NCBI GenBank assembly: GCA_964016885.1
Contig: OZ024743.1
Location: forward strand, 251,162,001 to 251,226,000
Source of the DNA: Eledone cirrhosa
Taxonomy: Eukaryota
Direction of reading: 5' to 3'
Length of the DNA stretch: 64,000 nt
The translations under genes were made by a program, and so were the position numbers. The notes below the pieces were generated by a model that searched no databases, was not told the DNA's origin, and saw nothing but the letters and a program-made list of their open reading frames with translations. This document shows, one piece after another, positions 38,846 through 52,594 of the stretch. Position 1 is the first letter of the stretch; every line of letters starts with the position of its first letter.

Positions 38846-39072
38846 ACCCTTTAGCATTTAAACCGGCTGTATCCAGCCAGATTTCTCTCACCTCTTTCTG
38901 TTCAAACCAGCTGTAAGTGAGTGACTTCTCATACTAATGTTAAGGTATTTTTCTCAAAATAAATAATATCAAAATCTCATAGATTCGTTATTATGTGAAA
39001 TAATTATGTGAGATAAAGACTTTACTGTGAAAATATAATAGTTACTATAGAGTAATGTAAATGCTAAAGGAT
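38846..39072 (-). mobile_element. piggyBac-type MITE P1 copy
   Basis: Reverse complement of 11741-11968; ACCCTTTAGCATTTA...TAAATGCTAAAGG. Confidence 0.75.
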
Positions 39073-39682
39073 TTACCCAAGCTAGCATGAAAAAATGGAT
39101 ATTAAACTGTGATGATGATGGGGATGTATATATATGTAGTTTTACCTCTTCCAGCTGAGTGACTGACTCCATGCTTCAGCACCACCATTAATTATACAAG
39201 TGAAAAACTTTCACACTTCCCATCTACCAAATACATTTGCAAAGCATTGGTTGGCTTGAAGCCAAACAAGAAAATACTTGCCCAAAGTGCCATGCAGTTG
39301 CACTGAATCCAGCACTATTTAGACCAGAAATTTTTTTGACAAACATTGCCCATATGTTATATAGATATATAGTGTGGCAAATTGCCAGAGTAATTAGAAC
39401 ATCAGATAGAAAGCTTTGTAGTATTTGCTCCTGCTCTCTATCTTTCATTCTTTTGAACTTGATAAAAAAAAGTTCCGGTCCAGTACTGAGGCTGAGTTTT
39501 CTTCTATATATCTTTCTCATGTTCTTTTTCTCACTCTCTCCTCCTCTAGAAGAAATTGGTTGTGTTCCTATCTGGACAGCAGATGATCTCTGCCAGGTTT
39601 GAAATGTCCTTCAACTCCATCTGGAACTACAGATCCATATGCACACATTCACACACACACACTCTGACACACACACACTGAT

Positions 39683-39713
<31 letters not shown>

Positions 39714-40344
39714 GTGAGAAATATCGAAGCACTTTGAAAATATTTTAAGTTATGAACCAATTGAAAATTGTGATGTTATGAATAAATTAGATGCATTAAA
39801 AAATTACATTTTATATATGACATATTCAGGAAAGCCTCTAGCAAAATAATGCCAAATTATTTCCCCAAAAAACCCCTTTCAGCTGTGTATCTATTTATTT
39901 ATTTCGTTATTATTTTGTTTTGTTATCTTAAATTCTTGGTAATTTTTTTCCTGGAATCTCAGTTGATTGATGTCTCTGGCCTGAAGGAAAATTTTTTTCT
40001 TTTTTTGAGTAAAAGTAAAAATGTCTTTAAGATAATATAAAATATATGAAATATTATATATATATATATATACTAAGTCCTGAAAAATATTCTGTGGTCA
40101 TATATAACTTATAGATAATAGAAAAGTGTCGGAAATGTTTTGCTTATATGAAGTTATTTCACTGTTTAAAACATTGCTCATTCAAAATTCATATGCCATA
40201 ATTTTTTGTTTTAGTAACATGGCAATACTTTTTGAGGTTATGTAATAAGGATAATAATATTAATAATAATGATGTTAATAACAACAATAATAATAATAAA
40301 GAACAATAAAAATGACAATAATTGTATTAGTAATAATAATAATG

Positions 40345-41135
40345 ATAATAACTTTTTCTACTTTTGGCACAAGATCAATGATTTGTGGGGAGGGTAACAT
40401 CGACTTTATTGACTCCAGAACTCTACGGGCACTTCAATTTATTAATCTTGGAAAGATGAAATATAAAGTTGACCTGCGTGGGATTTGAACTCAGCATATA
40501 AAGAACCATAACTAAATGTCACAAAGCATTTTACCGAATACTCTAATGATTCTGCCAATCCACCGCTTTATTAAGAACCAACTCCCAATACGGGAATGGT
40601 ACCTCTTTTATTGACCACGAAAGGATGAAAGATAAAGTTAACCTTAGCCGGATTTGACATGGAGAATCATAATTAATACCACAAAGATAATCAATTGTAA
40701 TAATAATAATAATGGTTTCTGGTTTAGGCATAAGGCCAGTAATTTTGGGGGAGGGGAAAGTTGATTAAATTGACTCCAGTGTGTTACTGGTACTTTGTTT
40801 TATTGATCCTGTAAGTATGCAAGGCAAAATTAACCATGGTAGAATTTGAACTGAGAATGTAAAGATCCATACCGCAAAGCATTATGTCCGATGTCCTACC
40901 AATACTGCTTATCTACTGCCCTCTTGATTTAGGCACAAAGTTAACAATTTTGGGGAGGGGTAAATAAATCAAATTGATCCTAGTGAATTACTGGTATTTT
41001 ATTTTATCTACCATGTAGGGATAAAAGGCAAAGCTAACCTCAGCAGCATTTGAACTCAGAATGTAACAAGCCATAACCTTTTCCCGTAAAGCATGTTGTC
41101 CATTGATCTATTGATACTACCAATCTACCCCCTAA
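40345..41135 (-). mobile_element. Cluster of about four degraded SINE family B copies
   Basis: Repeated GGCACAAGGCCAG / AAGGCAAAG / TTTGAACTCAG motifs. Confidence 0.75.
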
Positions 41136-41678
41136 TTCATGATAATAATAATTTCTCTCTTTTAATAATAATAATTACTTTATTTATAATAATGATTTAA
41201 TTATGATGATACCAAACTTATGTGAAAACGTAGTATATTGTATAAAGTAATATCAAATATTCTTGTAGCATTTATGACACAAAATTTTCAGATTGTAGGT
41301 TGAATAACATTATTTTGTTGTCTCTCCAGTGTTCATATTTAAAATCTTCCAAAATAATTTTATATAAGAACTATATGTTACATTACTATCTTATCAATAA
41401 ACTAATTAAAGTAAATCCCTCAAAATTCTTCACCACCACCATATATTACCACCATCACCAACACAACCACCACCATTACCATCAACCCCCCAACTATGAA
41501 CACCAGTATTATCCTCTCCACTATCTGCATTAGCAGGTCACTTTATTTCTAATAAAATACCCTGTATTCTAATTAATTAGTAAAAAATGTGGAGGTATTT
41601 ACTAAAATTGTTTTATTATTAATATGGTGTTTTTTTTATAAAAGGTTCATATATAAGATTATGTCAGAGGGGTTTGAT

Positions 41679-41875
41679 TTAACCCTTTATCATTTATATT
41701 TTCACAGTAAAGGCTTCATCTCACATAATTATCTCATATAATATTGAATCTATGAGATTTTGATAATGCTATTATTTATTAACATCAGTATGAGTGGCTG
41801 GTTACAGCTGGTTTGAACAGAAAGGGGTGAGAGAATTCTGGCTGGATACGTCCCGTTTAAATGTTAAAGGGTTAA
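41679..41875 (+). mobile_element. piggyBac-type MITE P1 copy
   Basis: TTAA|CCCTTTATCATTTA...TAAATGTTAAAGGG|TTAA. Confidence 0.8.
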
Positions 41876-42254
41876 ATAGAACCTTTTAAAATGGGTGGTT
41901 TTCGTAACACAAAACCATAAGATTTTGGGTGGGCTCATAACAAGAGGGTTATACTAAAAGACACTTGTCCTAAATGGCATGATTATCATCAAAGGTGTCA
42001 TGGGTCACTGCATGGAACTGCACTGCCCCCGCCTCACACACAATTACTTTTCAATTGTGCACCCTCAGAGCTAGAAGTTTACGGTGATATGCTTATTCTA
42101 AAACCCTGCCTTAGAATTATTGTGAACTAGACACCCTTGACCCAACGGGTCATGTTCACTTAAAAATAATTTTGAAACAATTAAAATATACACAGACATG
42201 TATATAATGTGAAATGAAACTGGAAGCGCCATATGTATACATGTGTCTATGTAT

Positions 42255-42531
42255 CTTAGTCTTAATCTTAGTTCCTCCAGTCCCTTGTGGAACATTGGGC
42301 AACGAGCTTCCTCCACTTGATCCTGTCACTGGCGGCCCTTCTAGCACCTCTCCAGGTAATTCCCATCTCCCGCAGGTCCTCCCTGAATGTGCTCCGCCAT
42401 GTTTTTCATGGTCTTCCCCGTTCTCTCCTGCCACCTTCTGGTACCCAATCCATGGCAATATGAGCAGGCTAAGGGACATTGTCCGGAAAAGGAGACGGCG
42501 GTTCATGGGCCACATCCTTTGTTTTCCGGCA
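42255..42531 (-). mobile_element. Short RTE/BovB-like LINE 3' end with inverted 5' segment and a 12 bp target-site duplication
   Basis: Minus strand: AMDWVPEGGRRERGRP*KTWRSTFREDLREMGITW..KWRKLVAQCSTRDWRN*. Plus strand: DIVRKRRRRFMGHIL. GTGTCTATGTAT on both flanks. Confidence 0.85.
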
Positions 42532-43589
42532 GTGTCTATGTATATATATATATATATGTGTGTGTGTATACATATATATATATATATATTTGTGTGTGTG
42601 TGTATATATATGTGGGTGTCTGGGATCTATATGCGCTGGTCATAGGCACACTCACACACACACACATATATATATATACACACACACACTCACATATATA
42701 TATACACAACACCACTACCAGCTCTCTCCCATCTCCTTCTGTCTCCTCTTCCTCTCTATATGTCTCTCTTTCAATCTACTCTCTCACAACCACTATATCT
42801 TCCTCTCTATCTTTCTCTCTCTTTGTTTATGAAGGTACCTGGAAAAACCCCATGGCTCGGGAACCCGTGGTCCGATTTACACGAAACTTCTTTTATTCCA
42901 TTTGTATTCCCATTTCAGGAGCAACTTCCTTTCAAAGTATTTTCACATTATGCACCCTTTTGGCTGTATTACATTACAGACAAGCAAGCAAACAATCACG
43001 GATTTTTAGTATTATATAGATTAAAGTTTCCACCTAGAATGTTCTGAAGAAATCTCCTGCCAGCTCCCCAGCAGTAAACTCTGGCAATGGGTTTGCTAAG
43101 CAGCTACAACTAAGTGTTGTTGAAGCCAGTTTAATCAAAAGGTCACCAAGTAAATTCCTTAACCACACAACCATACTTTCACCTATGTTTATGTCAGCAC
43201 CTGAAAAATATCTTGTTTGCTGCAAAAAATCTTCCTTGAAATTTTAAAGTTAATCTTTATAAATTGGCCAACTGGGAGAAAATAAAAATATTGATTTTGT
43301 TTTTCCCCAAAAAGATAAGATTTTGCAAAAAATTATTAATTTTTTTTTTTTTTAACATTTCAAAATTTCTTCATGTTCGTAAATTTTCTTATTCATTCCA
43401 AAAACGTGAGTATAAGAAAACAAGCCCCACAAAAAATTGTTGGATTTTCACAAAGTCTGTTCGTGGAAATACTGGAGCCATTTCTTCCATTTTCTTTGAG
43501 TTGAACCATTTAAAAATATTCACAAATTGTAAAAGGAATGTGTGTGTATATATACACATATTTTTATGTATCTGGGTGTATGTACATAC

Positions 43590-43629
43590 ATATATATGTG
43601 TGTGTTTCTATGTTTGTATGTGTGTGTGC

Positions 43630-43679
<50 letters not shown>

Positions 43680-44507
43680 CATATGTATGTACATATGTAT
43701 ATATATATATATAATATATGTATATATATATATATAATATATGTATATATATATATATAATATATGTATATATATATATATAACATATGTATGTATATAT
43801 GTATATATAACATATGTATGTATATATGTATATATATATAACATATGTATGTATATATGTATATATATATAACATATGTATGTATATATGTATATATATA
43901 TAACATGTATGTATATATGTATATATATATAACGTATGTATGTATATATGTATATATATATATAACATGTATGTATATATGTATATATATATAACGTATG
44001 TATGTATATATGTATATATATATAACATATGTATGTATGCCTATATGTATATATATATAACATATGTATGTATGCCTATATGTATATATATATAACATAT
44101 GTATGTATGTATATATGTATATATAACATATGTATGTATATATGTATATATATATAACATATGCATGTATATATGTATATATATATAACATATGTATGCA
44201 TGTATATATGTATATATATATAACATATGTATGTATGTATATATGTATATATATATAACATATGTATGTATGTATATATGTATATATAACATATGTATGT
44301 ATATATGTATATATATATATATATATATAGCATATGTATGTATATATGTATATATATATATATATATAACATATGTATGTATATATGTATATATATATAT
44401 ATATATATAACATATGTATGTATGTTTATATGTATATATAGCATATATATGCATATATGTATATATATATATAACATATATGTATATATATATATAAAAT
44501 ATATAAC

Positions 44508-44541
<34 letters not shown>

Positions 44542-44885
44542 ATATACTTCTTTGCCAGATGAGCTGGAGACAAACGACTTAACTGAGATATATAAGAAAT
44601 ATAAATTTCCTTTCTTCACAGTTTAGCTGTAATTTTCTATTTTGATTGTTGGGTGTGTCCTCTCTCTCTGACTCTCTCTCTGGTTAGGAACTGGCTCCCT
44701 AATTGTCTGGCGGAGGGGGTCTGGAGGGAAGGTGGAACATATAGATGAGATAGGAAGGGATGCTTGAAGATTGAGGTGGGGTAAAAAGAGATATATGGGG
44801 AGCTGGTGGCACTGTCTGTGTTTATGTCTGTGTGTATTGGAATATGTGTAGTTTTTGTATGTGTGTATATACATGTGTGTATATG

Positions 44886-44975
<90 letters not shown>

Positions 44976-45165
44976 TACATATAGTATGTGTGTATGTATA
45001 TATATACACACATACATATAGTATGTGTGTATGTATATATATATATACACATACATATAGTATGTGTGTATGTATATATATATATATATATATATGCATA
45101 TAAAGATATATATATATATATACATACAGTATGCATGTGTATATATATATATAGAAGCACACATG
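43590..45165. repeat. (TA)n-based compound micro/minisatellite (TATATAACATATGTATG units)
   Basis: Direct inspection. A short unique stretch lies at ~44550-44820. Confidence 0.9.
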
Positions 45166-45373
45166 CACAAATATATGTAGTACATACAGATGTATTTGCT
45201 TAAGTGTTTTGTTTTAGTTTACATTAGTGTGTGAAAGTATAATTTAGTTTGTGTAGATATGGGTGTATGTGTTTGTGTGATTGTGTAAGAACATGTGAAG
45301 ATGGAAAGGAAATGTGTCTGAGACAACCTGGAACCTAGAAGTATTTTAAATTATATATATGTGTGTGTGTGTG

Positions 45374-45407
<34 letters not shown>

Positions 45408-45545
45408 CACAGATATATATATATACACACACAATCATATGCACACATACATACACACACTACTGGAATAGATTAATGTTAAGAAGTGGAGAGGAGGAAA
45501 TCCAAAGTTTAGATAATTATCAGAACAATAAGTTGAAGTACTTAC

Positions 45546-45656
45546 CGTACTAGTGGTTGTGGCGGTAATACAAGTAGTAGACTTACTTGTAGTAGTAATG
45601 ATAGTAGTACTGGGAGTAATAGTTGTAATAGTAGTAGCAGACTGGGTAATTGAAAT
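45546..45656 (-). CDS. Candidate isolated 111 bp Thr/Ser-rich (mucin-like) exon
   Basis: Minus strand ...TTACTTAACAG|ATTTCA...AGTACG|GTAAGT. The length is a multiple of 3, and the open frame reads ISITQSATTITTITPSTTIITTTSKSTTCITATTTST. Could also be a decayed triplet repeat. Confidence 0.35.
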
Positions 45657-46456
45657 CTGTTAAGTAAATAGGTTGAAATATTAGTAAGATTATTTTGTTT
45701 TTGGTTGTTGAAATTTAACTTTATGAATGAAAGACGTGTTACATACTATTAAGCTGTTTGAAATTTTTAATATTTCGTCAAATTATCCGAGGGTTTAGAG
45801 TGTATGACAGCATTCCTTGTTGTATTCTTTCAACTGTGAGTTCAAATACTGCTAATTTTATCTTTTATTATTCTGGGATCAATAAAAAAAAAAAAAACTA
45901 TTCCTTTGTGGAACTAGAATGGGGGAACTATAATGTTTGTTCTGGCTCTTTGAGGTTCATCCTTGTCATCATTATCATTTACGATATGTCTACACTGCTT
46001 GCAAGGGTTGGGCAGGTTTTCATAGAGCAAGTCAGTATTGAAGTGGAGCCACATACATTTTGGATGTGCCAGAGACCTCCATCCTGCTTACACACACAGC
46101 CACACTCTGTTGAGTGTATTTTACTATAGCACTAGGGAGGTTATCATGTCTTTGACAACCTTTTATGGTGAGATTTCTATGGCTGGATGCCTTTCTTATA
46201 ACCAACCATGTTATAAAAGGTACTGGGTGCATTTATCGTGTCGATCACCAACACTAGGGAGGTTGCCAGGTCTTTGATACAACTGAAGTGTCCTTTCAAC
46301 TAGTTCAAATCCTAACACTGTTGTCAGACCACCGATTCCTGGTATAAATGAAAGTGATTTCGAAAATTGCCCCCCCCCCCCCCCCACACACACACTCTAT
46401 TTAGTGTTATACTTGAGTTCAATGAACTCTCAATAAAGAAACCAATTAGAGCAATT

Positions 46457-46694
46457 TTAACCCTGTTGATACCAACCTACTTAAAACTACTCTGGTATTT
46501 TTATACAAAAATACTCATTTTAAAATGTTCATATTTAGATTCAAACTTTTCATAATTTAATTTAAGAAATTTTTAAAGTAACATGTCAAACATGGGAAAA
46601 GATTAGATATCTCATTAAATTCTTGAAATTATCAAAATTAATTGATACTCCTAGGCAGTATATTTCATTAGAAATACAGTAACAAATGGGTTAA
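46457..46694. mobile_element. piggyBac-type MITE, second family
   Basis: TTAA|CCCTGTTGATAC...GTAACAAATGGG|TTAA. Related degenerate ends near 49050, 52973 and 60606. Confidence 0.6.
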
Positions 46695-47069
46695 CAATTT
46701 ATAGTGTTCCTGTGACAGACGCACAAATATATTGTACACTTGTTATAGTATTATTATTATTATTATAATTATTATTATCATTAATTTTCTTGTTGGCTGC
46801 TTTATACCATTGTTAAATGCTTGACATTTTCATTTTTTCATTTACTTGGATTCTTTGATAATGCCAACTGCTTGAGGCCATCATATGACATACTTTGTAA
46901 CTCTCTGTTATCTTGGTTACAACAGCTCATTACATCTCTAACTGATGAGTTCAGCAAATAATCAACAAGGAACATCATCATCCTCATTATAATCACCACC
47001 ACTATTTTTATGTCCATGTTATGTCCATTTATCCATTCTTTCCGTGCATTGGACAGATTTTCTCTACCA

Positions 47070-47625
47070 CAGTTTCTTACTGCCTGTTGCAGTCACTCAT
47101 CATCTCCTTCATGAAGTTTAGCATCCTGAAATCAGTCTCCACCATTCTTGCCTATTTTCTCCATGCTTGTCTGAGTTAGATGAGTCCTCTCAAGCACAGC
47201 ATCTTGCCACTTGTTTAGTGATGTGTAGTGCCTTAAGACCAGCTTTCACCAATTCTATCCATATCTTCCTTGATCTTCCTCTTCCATGGCTTCATCCATC
47301 CACTTTAAATATCCATATCAATGCAATCTTCTTTCTTGCACTCCTGATTCTTTTTATACCCAATTTGTCTTTCAATTTATCTGTGCTTGGCGTTTTGAGT
47401 ATATTGTCATTAAACATCCTCCAAATTCTGTGAACATATCTCACTATGGTACTGCATTGCACTACATAGGCAGATATCATACAATCTCAGTGTGAGAATT
47501 CTTTGTCAACAGAGGTATTTTTGCACCTTATTTTTATTTTAGGTATTATTTTTTCTTAGAACCGTCTTCCATTGCTAATTGAGTTATGTAGATAACAGAA
47601 GCTATCTACTATTTCTATGGAATTT
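47070..47625 (-). mobile_element. Highly degraded RTE LINE 3' fragments
   Basis: LKDKLGIKRI, GRSRKIWIELVKAGLK and DSFCYLHN-like remnants. Confidence 0.55.
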
Positions 47626-49130
47626 TTCCTGCATATATCATCATCATCGTTATATATCTCATTTTCCATGCTTCCATTGGTTGGATGAATCCATTCCAAC
47701 ATAGCCTTTCTCTAAATATCATTACCAGCATTTTCAAAATCAAATTTTCCCAAAGCCAACTTATTTCACTTTTCTATTTCTACTGTTTTGCCAGTGGTGG
47801 TGGCTAAGTAAATATTTACTTGTAATATACTGGGATTAATACACCAAACTCTATTCTATTTCCTTCCTAAATTCAGTCTTTTGTCTAGGCAATAGAACTT
47901 ACTGTCTTTGCTTGGCTTTCATTAATATCTTACAACTTTCTTCTCTCTTGCCATCTTTTTCTCTCTCTCCCTCTCTTGCGAACTTTCTCTCTATGCATCT
48001 CTCCCTCTGTTAGTTATTCTGTTGTTTATTCTGTTGTTCTCTACAGCTGTGTTTATATTTAGTCTTTAGGCATCTGTAATGGAGACTCTAAGATCTTGGT
48101 AGAATTGAAATTAGACAAAAACAAATTCCTGATTCTACCATTTTATCATTTGTTATCGTTTCTTTCAGTCTAAACATTAATTCAGCCCCATTTTAATTGT
48201 AGGTTGTTAGCATTAACGTAAAACTCATCTTCATTCACATAAGACATATGAAACAAAAACATAAGCAAGACAAGTGCTAGGTGAATTTATTTAGATTACT
48301 TGTGAAACCAGTTGATGTAATTAATTTCTTCCTTTCATGTGTAAGCAGGTTTTTAGAGTAAATAGCTCCACTGTTGTGTCTGTGTGTCATATGAGATGAG
48401 TAAATGGGTTAATTAGAATCAGGAAGGGCATCTGGTTAAACAAAAAACAAAAGGTTCCATCAAACTCATTCCAGTTTGGAAACGGGTGCAAAACCATGCT
48501 TAACCTACTACGATGGTATGTATGTATGGACCCATCACTTTTGATAGTCAAAGGGGTGTCTGTAGAGCACTCTGTCTGACATTCTAATGATTCAGTTAAT
48601 TATCTGAGTATGGTGTAGGTATTTTATGAAATATAACATACACACTTTCAACCTGATTCAGTCTTTATTTTCAAAGGTGCATGTTATTAGATTTTCAAAC
48701 AAATTATGATCACATTATATCATGGGTGCTGCAAGAACAATTCAGTTCTTCATATGTCTTTAGATGCAAATATATAGTATTGGATCATGAAATATGACAA
48801 ACAAAAATAAAGTCAAACAAAAGCCTTTCATTACCATATTTCTAATAAAATACTATTTTTGATTTGCAAATAATTTTGAGGGATTTAGTAATATAATTAA
48901 CTTTCTCATTATTTTTCTAGTATTTGGAACATAACTTAAGAAAGCTTCTTACATGAAATTATGATAGAAGTTTTTTGATAAATATAAATACTTTTAAATA
49001 GCTATGTACCGTAAAAACCAGGGCAGTTTCATGCTAATATCAAAAGGGTTAACCCTTGTCACACTTTGTGAAGACATTGGCAATTTATTTCTGATTGAAA
49101 ATACAGTGTGTGTAACCATGACTATACCAA

Positions 49131-49186
<56 letters not shown>

Positions 49187-49549
49187 CATACATATCTAGT
49201 ATGTAGGCATGTAAACATGCCAGAAAATATAAATTTCTCTTTAAATTGAAAAAAATGATAAACATTTTAATTTGATTTTTGGATCTTATCAGAAGATGTA
49301 TGTATCATCCAATCAACCACAAGAAAACATGTAGTTGATGGGTACACAACACCACCATCACAACCACTGCCACCTCCACCAATACCATCAGAACCTGCAT
49401 TCCCATCACATCACTACAACAGCAACTATCAATGTCACTACCACCACCACAACAATAACAATCACCAAAATTATCACAACTACCACAATCACCACCACCG
49501 CCATAACAACCAGTAACACCACATCCATCAATTACAACTGTCACCATAA

Positions 49550-49641
<92 letters not shown>

Positions 49642-50117
49642 ATATATATATATATGTGTGTGTGTGTATATATATATATATGTGTGTGTGTGTATATATA
49701 TATATATGTGTGTGTGTGTATATACATATGTATACATCAGTGTGTCTTTATTTAAAATGTCTTACTTCCTTATCTACACATGGTGACTTCTTCCTAACTG
49801 ACATCATCTTCATATCATCATTTAACATTTTTCTTCCTTCCAGCCAGGGTTTGATTGTTCCACTGGTACATCTACTTATCACCACATATTCCCCTTCACA
49901 TTATATATATGTATGTGTGTGTGAGTGTTAACATCAGTGCGTTTTTGGCAGCTTTACCCACTTCATAATACTTCCTGTTTCCTTCTTATCATTGTCTTTC
50001 TGTGGTAGCATCTTCATTACTGTCAATGTTACATGTACTTATGCCCCACCACAATCATTTTCTTTTCCTACAGCTATATATATATGTGTGTGTGTGTGTA
50101 TGTGTATGTATGTATAC

Positions 50118-50468
50118 ATCATCATTTCATCATCATCATTTCATTTTACTTCCACTTTTTCCCTGCTTGCAAGGGTGGGACGGGAACTGATTCTGGCTTG
50201 CTTTCTACAGCTGGATGCCCTTCTTAACACCAACCTCATTTACAGTGAGTGCTGAGTGCTTTTTTGCCGTGGCACCTCCACGACCACTTTGCAGTGAAAT
50301 GATAGGGACCCCAGTCCCTATCATCTCATTTCTACAGCTGAGTAAACTGGAGCAATGTGAAATAAAGTGTCTTGCTCAAGGAAACAACACATCACCCGGT
50401 CTGAGAATTGAACTCACAACCTTTCGATTGCAAGGCCAATGCTCTAACCACTAAGCTATGTGCCTCCA
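50118..50468 (-). mobile_element. SINE family A, copy 4
   Basis: Near-identical to copy 1. Confidence 0.9.
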
Positions 50469-50529
50469 TTAGAGTGAGTGCTGGGTGCTTTTTTGCCGTG
50501 GCACCTCCACGACCACTTTGCAGTGGAAC

Positions 50530-51480
50530 CTCATCATCGTTTAACGTCCATCTTCAATGCTTGCTCGCATAGGACTGTCTGGCGGGTTTTCTACGGCTGG
50601 ATGCCCTTCCTAACACCAACCACGTTTACAGTGTGGACTGGGAGGTATTTACCGTGTTACCTACACGGCCACATTACAGTGTGGACTGTGTGTTTTTTTG
50701 TTGTGACACCTACACGACCTCATTTGTTTCGGACTGGATGTTGTGGTACCAACATAACTTTACATTGAAAGGGGTGGGGGTAGTGGGACGGGGGTGTATT
50801 TTGTTAGAGGTGCCTACTGACTGTAGTAGGTTTCACTTTGTACTTAGGTAAGGCGGGTCTTCTGTATTACTGTGTAGCGCCAAAGATCTTGGTCCAGTGA
50901 CATTGTCTTGGAGAGGTGTAAGTGTGTGAGGTCAGAATTTATCAAGTCATCCCAGGTTTTTCTGGGTCTGCCTACTCCGCGGCTACCGTCTATTTTTATT
51001 GCCCTGCACTTTCTTATACAGCTGTCGTCTTTCATACGCATCACGTGACCATACCAACGTAGTCTTCTCTCAAGTAAACAACATCTGATACCTCTTATTT
51101 CTAATTTTTCCCTTAGTTCGTTTATGCCTTGCCATTCACGTATATTACTATTACACATCCAGTGGAGCATGCAAGCTTCGTTCCTCTCCAGTCTAAATAT
51201 ATCCTCTGCACACAATGCCCAGGTCTTACTGCCATGTAACATTGCTGTTCGTATACAGGCATCATACAGCCTGCCTTTCATTTTTAGAGAGAACCCTTTA
51301 GCGGCTAATAGTGGTATAAGCACTCTGAACTTTTTCTATCCAGTTCTGACTCTAGCTACTGTACTTTCAGAGCACCCTCCACCACTGCTGATTTTGTCAC
51401 CCAAGTAACGGAAGGTGTCCACTATTTCTATAGAACCATCTGTGCAATGGAATGAGCTAGTATTCTGTGGGCACTTGCTG
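50530..51480 (-). mobile_element. 5'-truncated RTE LINE (C-terminus and 3' UTR), close relative of the 35 kb element
   Basis: KGRLYDACIRTAMLHGS, RRLRWYGHVMRMKDDSCI, GVGRPRKTWD. Confidence 0.92.
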
Positions 51481-51695
51481 ATAAATGTGTGTGTCAAGGA
51501 AAGTCAACGTTATATATATAGGAGAGGGAAGGAAAGATATGTAAATTCCTGACCACCGCGCTGTGGTCAGAATTTTACATATATCTATACACACTCTGCA
51601 TCTCCCCATCATTGAGTACTCCCATGTTTAGAAATCTCTCCGGTCTCAGCACTGCAAACTCTCTCTCTTTCTGTCTGTCTTTCTCTCTCTATCTA

Positions 51696-52594
51696 TCTAT
51701 CATACTCTATAAAGCTCAGTGTGTGGTCATGCTCCTTCGTTATAGAAATCTACGATATAGAATTTCTTCAATTGAAATTTACAACTCAGCATTCGAAATA
51801 GCTTCGATTGCGTCTTGACGCAGATAATTTTTTCAATTTCACCCACAATTACGCAAAAAATAGATAAAACTCAATATTTTACGATTTTTCTCTCTCATTT
51901 AAACTGCTGAACTCTTTCTACTACCATTCAAAATCTATACAACTCCATACTTTCTGCTACTTTCTCTTTCCAAGCTTGATGGTGATACTGTCCGTTCACA
52001 CCACTCCCTACTGTCTTAAATTTAGAAAACACATATCCTCTATGAGGTTACTAAACCTGCTAGAAACAGCAGCTAACTCTCCCCCATATCACACCCCTCC
52101 CTACTGTCTTAAATTTAGAAAACATATCTTCTATGAGGTCACTAAACCTGCTAGAAACAGCAGCTAACTCTCCCCCATATCACACCACTCCCTACTGTCT
52201 TAAATTTAGAAAACATATCTTCTATGAGGTCACTAAACCTGCTAGAAACAACAGCTAACTCTCCCTCATATCACAACCCTCCCTACTGTCTTAAACTTAG
52301 AAAACACACAGACAACCATGCCGAACAACTCCATCGCAGCTCTGTTGTTCGGCTGGCATCGTCTACGCGCGTGTTACGCAAGTACTGTGAAACAATAAAC
52401 GTCAACACTTTTTTGCACAGAGATAATATCCATAGGCGAAACTACAATTGTCACTGCTGGCGCAGCTCATGCTTCCAGGTCTGCAATTCATTCACCCAGT
52501 GCCTGGCAGACAAAAAAGTGCTGCCATAAAATGGGTGGTGCAACCTAACTTTGGTAACTTAATGACCCCGACCAACGCCGGGCTTTAATGCTAG
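51696..52594 (+). mobile_element. Non-autonomous Helitron-like element with internal tandem repeats
   Basis: 5' TC(TATC)ATACTCTATAAAG. 3' GC hairpin CCCG-ACCAACGC-CGGG followed about 8 nt later by CTAG|T. Confidence 0.7.
51997..52305. repeat. ~91-93 bp tandem repeat, 3.3 copies
   Basis: CTGTCTTAAA starts at 52011, 52104, 52195 and 52286. Confidence 0.9.
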
